From Octopus vulgaris (taxonomy: Eukaryota): a stretch of DNA of 64,000 nucleotides. Position numbers and translations under genes: made by a program. Where the stretch lies: NCBI GenBank assembly GCA_951406725.2, contig OX597839.1, positions 27,404,001 to 27,468,000 on the forward strand, in the 5' to 3' direction. Shown here one piece after another: positions 11,176 through 25,820 of this stretch (within the stretch, counting starts at the first letter, position 1; every line of letters starts with the position of its first letter). A model generated the notes under the pieces. That model made no database searches and was not told the DNA's origin. It worked only from the letters and a program-made list of their open reading frames with translations.

Positions 11176-12491
11176 ATAAAGATCACATCAAAGAATCTGT
11201 TGCTTGATACCGACCATTGATTTCTTGGTTGTTTCTTCAGGTACCTCATCGATCTTCGGTAACGAAGTCTCACCTGATGTATAGAAATAACAAAGTATTG
11301 GTTTATTTTGATGGAGCACGTCTGTGTTTGGAAAGATAGATATAATCGATAGATAAATCAATAGCTAAATTCGCACAGCTGGTTCAGTGGATAACAGACA
11401 GGTTAGTTGGTGGGCTGGCTGGCTGGTGGTCTGATTGGTTTGCTGGTTGGACGGATGGTTGGTGGATGGAAGGCCGGAGTGGTTTGATTGTGAAGGTTGG
11501 GATTATATTAGGGGCCAATCTATTTCACAATGATAGGTTCTCAGTGCGAAACCGTGTAATTGATTGACGGAGAAGTAAAAATAAAAATATAAAATTTACA
11601 GCTTAAACCAAAAAAAGAAAGAAAAGAAAATGTCAGACGAAGAAGTTTCAAGCTTGTAATTAAATTAAACAGACAATAAAAAAAAGTTATGTTGTTAGAT
11701 TAAACTGTCCACGTCCAAAAGAATGCCATTTGACTGATTGGTAAATATTGAATCAACAACAACAATACACTACGGCAATTATCTCTTCGATTTCCCTGTT
11801 CGATCTCTTTTAAAATGGCGTCCGTCTCACACATTTCGATTTGTTTCTTCTATGGCTTCACTCTCTATTCCGCACACGCATACCGTTCGTCTCTCCTCAC
11901 ACTCTACTCGTGTCCACCTCTTCCTTCTTCTCCTTCCTTCCTCCTTCCCTTCCTTCTTGCCTTCTCCTCCTCCTCCTTCATGCCACTTTCTCTTCCTTCC
12001 TGCTTCCTTCTCCTCTACTCCTCTCTCTTCCCTTCTCCTTTCTCCTCTCTCCGCTCTCCCTTCGCCTCTCCCTCTTTTTCCCTTTCTCCTCCTGATTCTC
12101 CTTCTCCTCCCTATTCTCCGTCTTTTCCTTCTACGTCTTTTCCTTCATTTCCTTTCCGTCACCTTGTTTCCCTCCTTTCCCTCCTTTTCCTTCTCCTCCT
12201 CCTCCTTCCACTCCTCCTTTTACTCTCCTGCATCTTTTTCCTTCCCGCCTCCTTTTACTTTCCTGCATCGTCCTACATCTTCCTTGGACCCTTCCCGCAT
12301 TGGTCTCCCCACCTCCACTGCAATTCAAACTTAACAACGAACAGAGCAGACGTGGGAAGGCAACTACACACCCAAAACTCCAAGAAGCCACCTTTCTGTT
12401 TCTTTCTCTTATAAGGACACAAAAGCAGGGAGGGCGAGAGTAGGTGTGTCAGAATTTCAACTTGCCATTTGTCTTTTGACCGTTTCCTAAA

Positions 12492-12875
12492 TCTCTCTCT
12501 ATATAAACAGCAGTTTGTCTGTCTGCATGTCTGTGTGTCTGTCAGGTTGTACCCTCACCCTGACCACGGCTTTCAACCGATTCTGATGAAACTTGACACA
12601 CACATAGCCCAATGTCATAATTCAAAACTAACGCAGCGAAAAGTTTGAAAAGTTCCCCCAGTTCTGAAAAAAAATCGATAAATTCGATATGGGGTCGAGA
12701 ATCAGAAACACAAACCACAGACTGTCTAGGGGACGCAACTCGACCTTTTTAACTCTCAAAAAAATTTACCATCATTTTTTTTCCATTTTTTTGCTATTTT
12801 TTGGCTATAACTCTCTAAAAATGCTTTATAGTTATTTCCCTTACAAACCCGAGCAACGCCGGGCGATACTGCTAG
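12492..12875 (+). mobile_element. Non-autonomous Helitron
   Basis: 5' TC; 3' CCCGAGCAACGCCGGGCGATACTGCTAG|T; last ~120 bp shared with 2867-3268. Confidence 0.75.
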
Positions 12876-14029
12876 TTCTAAATAATAAACAGCTACACAG
12901 CTTTCACCTCGTTGCTCGACAGGGATTTCCCATACTCTTCCAGCCTTTCCCATCATTAAGAGAATGAGATAAAAATCCAAGGCTGTGAATAGTTTTCAGA
13001 ACATTTATAAAGAGGCCTTACAGCTGTTTCCGGAATATTTTATATATTCCTTCATCATACATACGGTGCGAGAAAATGTTTAAGTAATAATTATTGTAAA
13101 GAAGATATGAAATACACAGGGAAGGGAAGGAATGGAAACACACGTGAGATACGTAAGGATATTGTATTTGCAGTTCAATTATTTAAGCAGGATGGTGTAT
13201 ATATAAGTTTCCTGTACCTTGTGTGTGAGCACCAATGGTGATTATACTTGGTCATTCCAAGCCTAGAGTTTTGTAATTGGTGTTATTCGATCGAGGAGTT
13301 ATATATATATACAAATTGAGATAGGGGTTGTAAATGCAACCCTCACTTTTTTATGTACATTCCTTTATGTACACTGATTTGTTCTGCTTTTTTATATTTA
13401 ACCCTACAGTCTCTTATGTGGTGGTTTAATAAAGTATGTGATTGAGTATTATCTGGTAATGGATATTTGATTTAGATGTATTTCTCCATTTCGTATCTTG
13501 TGTATATATACGTAAGTATGTATGTATGTATGTTTGCATGTATGTGTGTATGTATGTATTCATGCGTGTATGTATATATACGTGTACATTTGCATGCATA
13601 CGTATATACATAATCTCTCCAGCAAGATCGGAAGGATATCATTAGTTAACTCCACACTACACTGCCAAAATCACAAGCCTCTTTTTCCCCCACAACCACT
13701 TCTCTGCGGTCCCCTATTTTTTTTTTTTCGTTTTGCTTTTTACCATGTTGACTACATTCTCCACAATAACCACCTCATCAGAACTTCCTCTCTTATCCTT
13801 TAAAACCAAACTCTTTTGTAACACATCCAGTGGGGTTATTACATTGCTTCTATGTCAAAGCATTATTTCGCAGAAACTTTAGAATTATTTCGATTTTCAT
13901 GACAACTTCGCCAAACCAGTTGCCAACGTTAACAGAACCTTTTGACTTTACTCGCTTCTCTAATATCTCTAATCCTTATAATAATACAACCAAATACAAT
14001 ATCGTTATTGCATTGCTGCTAAGTGCCAT

Positions 14030-14103
14030 CTCTATCTATATATATATATATGTATATATTTATATATATCTTTATATATATATATGTATATATTTATATA
14101 TAT

Positions 14104-14151
<48 letters not shown>

Positions 14152-14154
14152 CTT

Positions 14155-14209
<55 letters not shown>

Positions 14210-14336
14210 CTTTATGTATGTATATATATATATATATGTATATATCTTTATGTATGTATATATATATATATATATATGTATATATCTTTATGTATGTATA
14301 TATATATATATATATATGTATATATCTTTATGTATG

Positions 14337-14380
<44 letters not shown>

Positions 14381-14769
14381 TATCTTTATGTATGTATATA
14401 TATATATATAGATATTGATATATATATATATATCTTTATGTATATATATATATATATAGATAGATAGATAGATATAGATATATATGTATATATCTTTATG
14501 TATAGATAGATAGATATATATGTATATATCTTTATGTATATATAGATAGAGATATATAGATATATATGTATATATCTTTATGTATATATAGATATATATA
14601 TATAGATATATATGTATATATCTTTATGTATATATAGATATATATATATAGATATATATGTATATATCTTTATGTATGTATACATATATTTATATATATA
14701 CATATATATAGATAGATAGATAGATATATATATCTTTATGTATGTATATATCTTTATGTATGTATATAT

Positions 14770-14814
<45 letters not shown>

Positions 14815-14825
14815 TGTGTGTGTGT
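14030..14825. repeat. (TA)n-based compound microsatellite/minisatellite
   Basis: TA runs punctuated by the recurring unit TATATCTTTATG. Confidence 0.95.
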
Positions 14826-15017
14826 AGCACTTTTAATTTCTTTGCTGTGCTATAGATTAAACGTGCAAGACACACAGACGTCTGACTTTCGAGTATTTTC
14901 TTCTAAGTGGCATGGCCATCTTCCTTTGAACTTGTTAACAACGGGTTTGTGTGAATGCGCGCGCGTGTGTGTGTGTATATGTGTGTGTATGTAAGTATGT
15001 ACATTCCCGGTGTTAAG

Positions 15018-15053
<36 letters not shown>

Positions 15054-15268
15054 CAAATGTATCTGAATATATATACACTTATATATGTGAGTAAAAGACC
15101 GTATCAACATACATCTGTATGTATTTATGTATTTTGGGTGTACATATATATATTCGGATGAATATCGCACTTAAGTTGAGGCACCGGAATTTAGTACGGT
15201 ATTATCCATACAATTTCATAAGTAAGGTGATTAAAATCGAAATAAGCAACAAGGATATCCAGTGGTAA

Positions 15269-15355
15269 TGCAGTACGATCGTTTCATGCAATTCCATTTA
15301 ATTGAACAATGCAATCATTACATCAATTTAAAATGTAGAGCTATCTTCGGCTGCA
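15269..15355 (-). ncRNA. Hammerhead ribozyme motif (U4C core variant)
   Basis: Minus strand: TGCAG-CCGAAGA-(long imperfect stem II)-GAAA-CGATCG-TA-CTGCA; 5-bp stem I. Confidence 0.65.
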
Positions 15356-15745
15356 CTAAGACATAGAATTTAAACTAAATTAGAACAGATGGACACTTTA
15401 GTGTAATTATACATACAATCTCCGAGGATAGACAAAGAACATGTCTCTTCTTCAGCATAGAAGTTACTAAAATTATCAAGAAGACTCTGCCTGCCACTGA
15501 TTTTTTTTCTTTATGGGGTCAGTTTTAATTTATAGACTAGTTTATCAAATCCTTTGTATATTTAAGGCTGAGAGTATAGAGGGCAGTATCTTTTTCTTTC
15601 ATTCATATATGACTTTTGAACTATCTGTTATGTCGATTATGCATTGATGTAAGAATAAGTTGTTCTATAAAGCTCGAAACATATGTACCGCAACATCCTT
15701 TGTGTCCTGTTTTTCATTTTATTTCATTTGATACACACACACACG

Positions 15746-15798
<53 letters not shown>

Positions 15799-16932
15799 AA
15801 ACGTTAAAAAAAACACAAACTGGGACAAGAATGTGAAACATTTTGAAGACGACAAAAAAACGCACATATATATATATATGTATGTATATGTATGTATATG
15901 TATGTATGTATATGTATGTATATATATGTATGTATATGTATATATATATGTATGTATGTATGTATATCGCTGAACGTCATCATCATCAACTTCATCATCA
16001 TCAACGTCATCATCATTACCGTCACCTTCTTCTTCTTCTCCTCCTTCTTCTTCTTCTTCTCCTTCTTCTTCTTCTTCTTCTTCTACTCCTTCTTCTTCCT
16101 CTTCTTCTTCTTCTTCTTCTCCGTTTTCTTCTTCTTCTTCTCCTTCTTCTTCTTTTTCTTCTTCTTCTTCTTCCACCTCCTCACTCCTTCACCCCTGTCA
16201 TGGTAAAAGCAGAAACGGAAGGAGAAAATATAAGGTGGTGCAGGACAAGAAAGTACAAGATGGAGATAAGAGGGAAGGAAAATGGTGAGGTGCGGGGGTG
16301 GGGGTGGGGTTGCGGAATGTGAGAATGGCTGAATGGAGGAATGAGAGAATGAGACTAACGCCCTTTACTCGGTCACCGTTTCCATCAATGAAACAAAACA
16401 CAGTAAATAAAATAAAACAAACAAATAAAACCAAACGCGCCATATAAACACCTAGCGGAAGCCGGAGTTAAACAGTCAAGCAAATTTTCCACTCTATGGC
16501 CGTCCTTATTTAATATCCTTCAGTTATACATTCATCGTTGTCTCCCCGAATGAAGCCCGATCGAATCGCCACCTGGTGGTGGTTGTGGTGGTGGTTCGGA
16601 GACGGGTCAAAGGTTATCTGTGCTTTGTTTATCATCTACCGACGCCCGATTGGTAATAGAACAGCCATTAGGAAATGGAAGTAGCCATTAGTAACGATTA
16701 TAAGAAAAAATTTGTTTAAAAAGCTTTCAATAATGTTTAGTTAATGGTTGGTCGCCATATTGGTGTGAATGAAAGCTGTTTGTGGGAGTTTTATAACTCG
16801 ACTTGTCAGGTCTCCCGTCTGTGAGCATGCGTGTATATATGCGTGCATACATGTATGTATGGTATATGTATGTAAGTAAATATGTAGCTACTTATTGTAC
16901 CTCTGTGTGTGTGTATATATATATATATATGC

Positions 16933-16969
<37 letters not shown>

Positions 16970-18829
16970 GACGTAGATATATATATACATATATATATAT
17001 ATGTATGTGTATACATTAATAAATACATATACATGTATATATATACATGCATACATATATATATGTGTATGTGTGTATATATACATATATTTATATGTGT
17101 GTGTATACATGCATATACATACATGTGTATGTATACATATCTATATAAACACACACATATAAGCACATATATACATATATATATGTGTGTGTGTGTATAA
17201 GATTTTATATAAGTAGTTTCTCTCTCTCTCTCTCTCGCACACACATACACACATACATACATACATACATACATACATACATACATACATACATAATTAT
17301 ACAATCGCTAGTGTTTGTGTCCATAATAGCATACATTTGTATATGCGTGCGTGTGTGTATGTGTGTGTGTGTGTCGGAGAGAGAGAAACAGAAAAAAGAA
17401 AAGAGAAAGTAAAAGTGAAAGAAAGAGAGTGGTTGGAATACATGAGGAAGTAATTGGGAGAGAAGCTTTATCCATTTAAGTGTAGAAAACCTACTCAAGT
17501 GTAGGTTAGACTTTCGAATGTTTTAATCTAGTCATCAATAGACATTGACAATCGAACAGTTGATTACCTATTTATGGACGTTCGAACGATGTTGCCCTTT
17601 GTTGTGGCGAATTTCCTGAGACGAATTGGTTACAAATGAATCAAAGTTGCATTAAAAGTGCAAGTTATGGAGAGGATATCGGAGATGGTAACGGATAACG
17701 GTTGGTCGGCGACGGGGAAGCGAGTAAGCAGCTTTATATTTTCTTTATGTTTTTCCTATTGAATATCTTTAGCTCTTTGTAGTAGACGCTGTTCTATCTA
17801 CCAGAAGAAACACTGCCGGATATCTAAGCGGTGGTATAGCTCCTATCTGGTAAGGTCTTGGATCCTAAAACTGATGATAATCAGAGCGAGCAATAAGCTT
17901 AGCGGTGTTTCGTTCGTCTTTACGTCTCGAGTTCAAATTCCGCCGAGATCGACTTTACCTTTCAGCCTTTCGGGGGCGATACAATAAGTACCAGTTGAAT
18001 ACTGGGGTCGGTGTAACCCACTTAAGTTCTCCCAAAAGTGTTGGCCTTGCACCGAAATTTGAAATCAAAATTATCTTTGAGAGATAAGTCGGCAAGCTGG
18101 CAGAACCGTCAGCACGCCGGACAAAATGCCTAACAGCATTTCGTCCGTCTGTATGTTCTGAGTTCAAATTCCGCCGCTGTTGACTTTGCCTTTCATCCTT
18201 TTAGTGTCGGTAAAAAATAAGTCCCAGGTGTATACGGGGGTCGATGTAATCGATATACCCGCTACTCAGAATTTGCTGGCCTTGCGCTGAGAGACAAGGT
18301 GACCAGCTGGCTGGACTATTAGCACGCCGACCAAAATGTTTAGCGGCTTCTCGTTGTGATCTTGAGCAGCACACTTCATTTCACGTTGCTCGAGTCCACA
18401 CAGCTGTAAATGACTAACCCTGCGACTGACCGGCGCATAATTTTGTGATCTTGGCCACTTATACGCCATGGCAATAGGGTTACTGGCCCTTAAGCTTCCT
18501 AAGCCTCGAGACGGTAATGCCTAGAGGGCTTACTTCGTTTTACTACACATTTATAAAACAGAATGACTGAGTACTTTGGCAGAATTAAAAATATGGGAGT
18601 TGTGGTAGGACTATAGAAGTGGTGGTGGTGGCCCGCATCTCTCTCTCTCTCTGCATGGTATGGTAAACATGGCAAGAACAGCGAAATACATTTGAGTAAA
18701 AGAATTAGGCCAAACAGAGCTGTTAGTTGTTTTGCATTAGTAACAGCATCCGGGTGTTACCAGAAAATTCTACTTACTTGAAGCATACATATGTAACTCT
18801 CCTCTCCCTCTCTCCCTCTCTCCATCTCT

Positions 18830-18866
<37 letters not shown>

Positions 18867-19055
18867 ATTGCCTGTCTGTTAGTGGCTGTGGCTATGCCTG
18901 CCTCAGTGCAAATTTGAATACCGTCAGTCTGTCTGTCTATGCGTATGTATGTGCGTATGTATGTGTGTATGTATGTGTGTATGAGTCAAACTGCCTGTCT
19001 CTGTATGTGGCACTGTTTCCTTACATCGGTGTGTATGTCTGTGTATGTCTACATA

Positions 19056-19091
<36 letters not shown>

Positions 19092-19317
19092 CGTGTGAAA
19101 TTGTGCGAGCGCGAGAGTGCGTATCTAAGTATCTGGTAATTGTGTCTGTTTTTCGAGAGGAATTCTCTGGGGTTCGGATAATTCACCTTTGGAAACATGG
19201 GTGTTTCGTTCAACATCCTTAAGCAAAACCCTTATTCAGGGATCTTTTGAACGAGATGGGCTACTCTACCTGAAGAGAATTCTAACTGGGCACCCGCCTT
19301 GCAGGTGGGGCCCACTC

Positions 19318-19354
<37 letters not shown>

Positions 19355-19433
19355 TTGATATTGATATTCCTTTCTACAGAAGGCACAAGGCCTCAAATTT
19401 GTGGGAAGGTAACTAGTCGATTACTGCTCTCTG

Positions 19434-19477
<44 letters not shown>

Positions 19478-19556
19478 TTGATATTGATATTCCTTTCTAC
19501 AGAAGGCACAAGGCCTCAAATTTGTGGGAAGGTAACTAGTCGATTACTGCTCGCTG

Positions 19557-19587
<31 letters not shown>

Positions 19588-20335
19588 GATGATGATGATT
19601 ATAATAATGACGATCAAAGAACTAAAGAACTGTATAATATTACACAACCTTTACCCAGCGAACCTAAAATTCCTCTACAAGATACTATTGGCACAAATTC
19701 CTTCATCCTTTCAACCGCCATAAAGAAACATTAAAAAGGAAAAAGAAGAAAGAAATATAGAACGAAATCGGTGAAGCGGAAAGAATTTATTTTTTTATCA
19801 TGTGAATGTCGACAGTTAATATCGCTGGTATTTCTCCACCCTCTTCACACCCTTCTCACACCCTCGAAAAAAAAGCTGGAAAATATTCTAGACACGGATC
19901 AATGGCGGCAAGGATTGCGAAGGATTCTGAAAGATCGTTTTTTTTTTCTTTTCTTTCATTTTTTACCAGTTCCACGTAGCAACAGCTGCAGAAAGTTTAA
20001 TGTTGCAGAGTTCGGCTAAAAAAGTTGGCACCAAACGAAAACATAAATTTATACGAAGACATTAATATTTCTCTACCTTAATTCTCCCCCACCCCTCTGT
20101 TTCCCCCCCTCTCTCTCTCTTCAGCTTCTGTTTTTCCCCCCCACGTCGTCATTTCACGTTCTTCGTTACTCCATCTCCGTTATGTCACTTCTTGGCTTTC
20201 GTACTTTTTATTGGCCGTACGTCTCACACGCATTTTTTTCTCCTCCCTCTTTTCCCATTTAATTTCTTACGATGCCTCTTACATTAACTCTCTCTTTCTT
20301 TCTCTCTCTCTCTCTTACGCCACACACGGCGCGCG

Positions 20336-20374
<39 letters not shown>

Positions 20375-20379
20375 GTGTG

Positions 20380-20404
<25 letters not shown>

Positions 20405-20410
<6 letters not shown>

Positions 20411-20570
20411 TAATCCAAACAAGAAAACAAAAAGACAACAACGCGAGGACGTGGAACAAATAAAGTATTATTGGACGCTCAGGAAAGAAGGGAAGAAGGA
20501 GGGTTTAACGTTTCGAGCGGAGCTCTTTCGTCGGAAACATAGGAGAAAGAAAGATCCCGAGGTGGGATGA
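20405..20570 (-). mobile_element. (TA)n-adjacent hammerhead element, family H3
   Basis: Reverse complement of 36605-36808; motif GTTT-CCGACGA-AA-GAGC TCC GCTC-GAAA-CG-TT-AAAC. Confidence 0.7.
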
Positions 20571-21114
20571 CAGAGCAAGGGAGAAAGAGAGAGAGAGAGA
20601 GAGAGAAAATTATACGAATAAACTAATTAAATGTTACAGCTTGGGTATGAAATACAAAATATGTACATAAGAATAAACGCCAAATGAAAGAAAGCAAAAA
20701 AAGCGGAAACTTTCAGACGATGAATATTTCAGTATAAATATATAGGTATTTATAGATTTAAATTAAAGGGGTGGAAGTAAGGTGTTATAAGTCCAAAGGC
20801 TGGCCCTTTGAAATATAGGTACAAGACATTTTTGTCAGCTAAGTGGACTGGACCAACGTGGAATAAAGTGTCTTGCTCAAGGGCGCAATGCATCACCGGG
20901 AATCGAACTCATGACCTTGCGATTGTGAGCCGAACGCCCTAAGCATTAAGCCACGCGCCTTCACAATCCTATAGACATGCATTGGTAACAGCGTGTCCTT
21001 GAGTGTAGAATCTCATCAGTCCCATCAGTGGGTATTATTAAGGAGCCAGCGGCAGGTTTTCTTTGGTTCGTTTCGTATAAAATGGTGGGGCATCTCTTAT
21101 GTTTCTATATATAT

Positions 21115-21115
21115 A

Positions 21116-21150
<35 letters not shown>

Positions 21151-22056
21151 GCATATACGCGTACATATACGCACATACGTAGAACCATCTATATATATAT
21201 GTGTGCGTCAAATAAGATTTGGGTAAAAGTATGCAAAGCCCGTCCGCAGTTTTTGGCTACCTGATGTCATCATACAGTGAAACTGCTGTGTGTGTGAGTG
21301 TGTGTGTGTGTATGTGTGTGTGTGTGTGTATATACGCGTACATATACGCACATACGTAGAACCATCTATATATATATGTGTGCGTCAAATAAGATTTGGG
21401 TAAAAGTATGCAAAGCCCGTCCGCAGTTTTTTGGCTACCTGATGTCATCATACAGTGAAACTGCTGTGTGTGTGAGTGTGTGTGTGTATGTGTGTGTGTG
21501 TGTGCATATACGCGTACATATACGCACATACGTAGAACCATCTATATATATATGTGTGCGTCAAATAAGATTTGGGTAAAAGTATGCAAAGCCCGTCCGC
21601 AGTTTTTGGCTACCTGATGTCATCATACAGTGAAACTGCTGTGTGTGTGAGTGTGTGTGTGTGTGTATGTGTGTGTGTGTGTGTATATACGCGTACATAT
21701 ACGCACATACGTAGAACCATCTATATATATATGTGTGCGTCAAATAAGATTTGGGTAAAAGTATGCAAAGCCCGTCCGCAGTTTTTGGCTACCTGATGTC
21801 ATCATACAGTGAAACTGCTGTGTGTGTGAGTGTGTGTGTGTGTATGTGTGTGTGTGTGTGCATATACGCGTACATATGCACACATACGTGGAACCATCTA
21901 TATATATATGTGTGCGTCAAATAAGATTTGGGTAAAAGTATGCAAAGCCCGTCCGCAGTTTTTGGCTACCTGATGTCATCATACAGTGAAACTGCTCCGT
22001 GTGTGAGTGTGTGTGTGTGTGTGTGAGTGAGTGAGTGAGTGTGTGTGTGTGTGTGA

Positions 22057-22113
<57 letters not shown>

Positions 22114-22120
22114 TGTGTGT
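21115..22120 (+). repeat. Five-copy ~178-bp tandem repeat with (GT)n spacers
   Basis: Near-identical ~135-bp units start at about 21151, 21330, 21505, 21685 and 21861. Confidence 0.95.
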
Positions 22121-23208
22121 ATATATATGTATATGAATACTTAGAGAGCAAAGTGTACATACGTCGCTATATATATATAAAATACAAAATGGGACAAGAA
22201 CGCAAAAGATCCGGACAACTAGATGATACAAAACATCCAGATAGACGACACAAAAAAAAAACACGGACGGGTCATTCGAAGCTTTTTATCCTCAGTCAAG
22301 AACCGGATCATCCTCGCAATTTTGGCTGATTAATCTTGAGATTGCTCCAATCTGGCCAGCCCTAAGGAAAAACTAAACTAAGAGCATTAGATTCTTTGGA
22401 AGAAAGCATCGAATGTATACGAAAACAAGGACGGAAAAACAGACGATGTTACACGAATATAAATACAAAAATACAATAAAAATAACAATAATAATAATAA
22501 TAACAGGACATAACAACAGGTGTCTTTCGCCTGGGAACGAATTAAATTTAGCAGCCGTGTGTAGAAATTAAGCCTTCCGGCAGAGATATAAAACTTTCAC
22601 AAACACTACTTATATACATTGTGTAAGAGTTGGCGTAGACTAAATAGATAGATAGATAGATCGATAGATATAGAGTGAGAGGGGGGGAGAGATTAATAAA
22701 AGACTAACTTTTAATAGTTTCGTATCCTATTTATAGAAATGAAAGAAATAATATTGAGAAGTCGATGGAATGGTTCGGAAAAATAAAAAGAAGATCAAAG
22801 GAAAATGCTTCAAAGAATTAATCTAAAAATTGGCGAATTCTTGAAGTGTTGGAAATAAATGGATCGTAAAGAATTTAATGAAGAATTTGAACCTGTAAAT
22901 GTTCCAGTAACTTGGAAATATTGGTCTCAAATTTTGGCACAAGGCCAGCAATTTCAGAGTGAGGCGGGTGTAAGTGTCCATGGCATCGACCCTAGTGATC
23001 AGGTGGTACTTATTTTATCGAGGCAATGTCGATCCCGGCGGAATTTGAACTCAGACAGTAAAAACGGACGAAATGCTACGAAGTGTTTTGCCCGGCGCGA
23101 TAACGATTCTGCCAGTTCGGCATTTTACTTCTTCGAAATATTAATTCATAGAATTTGTACCACTATTGGACTTCTGATTCACTTATGTATTTTTCTACTT
23201 GTTGTGGC

Positions 23209-23279
<71 letters not shown>

Positions 23280-23376
23280 GTGTATCTATCTATCTATCTA
23301 TTTTTCTATGTGTGTATGAATGTATGTATGTATGTATCTATCTATATATCTATCTATCTATCTATCTATTTATCTG

Positions 23377-23428
<52 letters not shown>

Positions 23429-23478
23429 CCTATCTATCTGTTTCTATCACTCTCTCTCCCTCTCTATCTATCTATCTG

Positions 23479-23538
<60 letters not shown>

Positions 23539-24619
23539 CATTTATCAACCATAGTTGTTAAACTTTTCAGAAGCAAAGACATAGTATGCATTGGTCTAAA
23601 CAATACATACAGCTAAGTATATTAAAAAATGGTGGAGGATTAGCTGCAGAAAATCACCATTACTACGGGTCTGTCTCCATAGGCGCCATTTTAATGGCCG
23701 TATAAAAAATGGAGGGTTTTCCTTTCTCAGACTGTATTATGAATTCTATGAAATAAAATAGGAAATATATAAATTAAGGATATGAAAATATAAATATATA
23801 AATATAAACACACTGACACACATACACACACACACACATTTATATATTCGCAGAAAAGTAAGCAAATATAAATTATAAAATATAAAAAGACATAATATAT
23901 ATATACATATATACACATACACACATACAGTGTATACATTGCGTGTGTATGTGTATGGATGGACGATTGGATAAAAGAAAGAATATGGAATGAAAATGTA
24001 AACATAAATATAAATACTATTGTCAAAATATGAAGAATAAATATAAAAAAATAAAAATTATAAGTAGAAAAATTATAAAGTATATACAAAAATTATAAAT
24101 ATAAACTACTTGTATGTGTGTGTGTCTGTGTGTGTACATATATCTTAAACTGAGCGTCAACCTAATACAATCACTGTGTACGTTCCTTTGACATTTGTTG
24201 TTTTTGCTTTTATTTTCATTTTCGATTTGTTATATATATATATATATTCATAATACTAAAAGTTTAGATCTTTGATTGTTCCCGAAATATCTCGGAAATA
24301 GTATATTTTATCTTAACTTTTTTACATATATATTTTCATAATCATATAATGCAGTGCAGTATGAGGTTTCGTGATATTTGGATCTCTATTTATTAATGAA
24401 TACGATTAAAGACAATTTTTGTTATTTCTTGACGAAAAAAAACATAGCTTCCGTGACGACAACACACACACATACAGAATACACACACATATAGTGAGTG
24501 TTATGACATGTAAATCAACACGTACCCTATCTGTGACATACACACATATATTCTTCGCGCTCTCTCTTTATCACTCTCCAAGAAAAAAAGTCGACGAGCG
24601 ACTATCGATGAGATGGCCA

Positions 24620-25460
24620 GTTCTCTGCAAATTAGCCATGGTCCTGAATATCAAATCACCCACGAGAAATATTGTTTCTGTAAAGTCTGTGAGAGGTGGG
24701 TGCCAAGAGAGGTTACTGATGCACATAAGCTTGTGGAGATCTGTCGACGCTCACCCAACCATGACAACGATGAAGGCAAGGCCTTTTTGGAGAGGAGAAT
24801 CACAAGAGATGATACCTGGGTCATTTACTTTGAACCAGAATCCAAAAGGCAGACTATGAAGTGTAAAAAACCGAAATCGTCTGTGAAGAAAAAAATACAA
24901 GACTCAACCTTCGGTAGAACAACTGATGCTGACCGTTTTTTGGGACACAACAGGGTCTATACTGGAACATTACCTAGAAAGGGCCCAAGAGTCACCAGTG
25001 CAGGCTACACTGAAATGCTGGCCAACAAAGCGAAAACAGAAATTCGCACCAAACGCCGAGGTGTATTGTCAAAGCAAATATTATTGTTGCACGAAAATGT
25101 ACGCACACATACGGCCACTACACCGTGGAAACCATTGAAAAATCGGGCTTCAAGTTGGTAAAACACCATGCGTACATTCCAGAGTTCGCCGCTTCCAATT
25201 ACTGCCTCTGTAGGCCGTTCAAACATCCTTTCCGAGATTGTCGATTTGCTAAGGACAAATAATTGCAGGATGCTGTGCGTAAACGGTTGCACGATTAGCC
25301 GAAAACCTTTTTCTCTGATGGAATAACCAAGCTTGTGCACCACTGGAAGAGGTGCATTGAAGAAAATGAAGGGTCCATCGAAAAGGATGCAATTGTTCAA
25401 TGCCGGCTTTTATTTTACAGAAACAAGAGTACGCATAAATTTTGATTTATTTTCTTGACT
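24620..25460 (+). pseudogene. mariner-family transposase pseudogene
   Basis: RWVPRE, ITRDDTWV (TGDETW), MLTVFWD, LLLHENVRTHTA and a FFSDGITKLVHHWKRCIE C-terminus, with frameshifts. Confidence 0.9.
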
Positions 25461-25464
25461 GTCT

Positions 25465-25820
<356 letters not shown>

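Noticed and set aside
11738-12414. ~200-aa Ser/Pro/Leu/Phe ORFs
   Set aside because: Polypyrimidine low-complexity tract lacking stop codons in multiple frames.
17560-17730. Possible host exon ending at GTAAGC
   Set aside because: No recognisable protein similarity or partner exons.
21115-22120. CRISPR-like repeat/spacer appearance
   Set aside because: Eukaryotic context; the units are ~135 bp and the 'spacers' are (GT)n.
22180-22600. Possible hammerhead in another (TA)n-adjacent element
   Set aside because: CTGAGGA is present on the minus strand, but a consistent GAAA, stem III and stem I could not be assembled.
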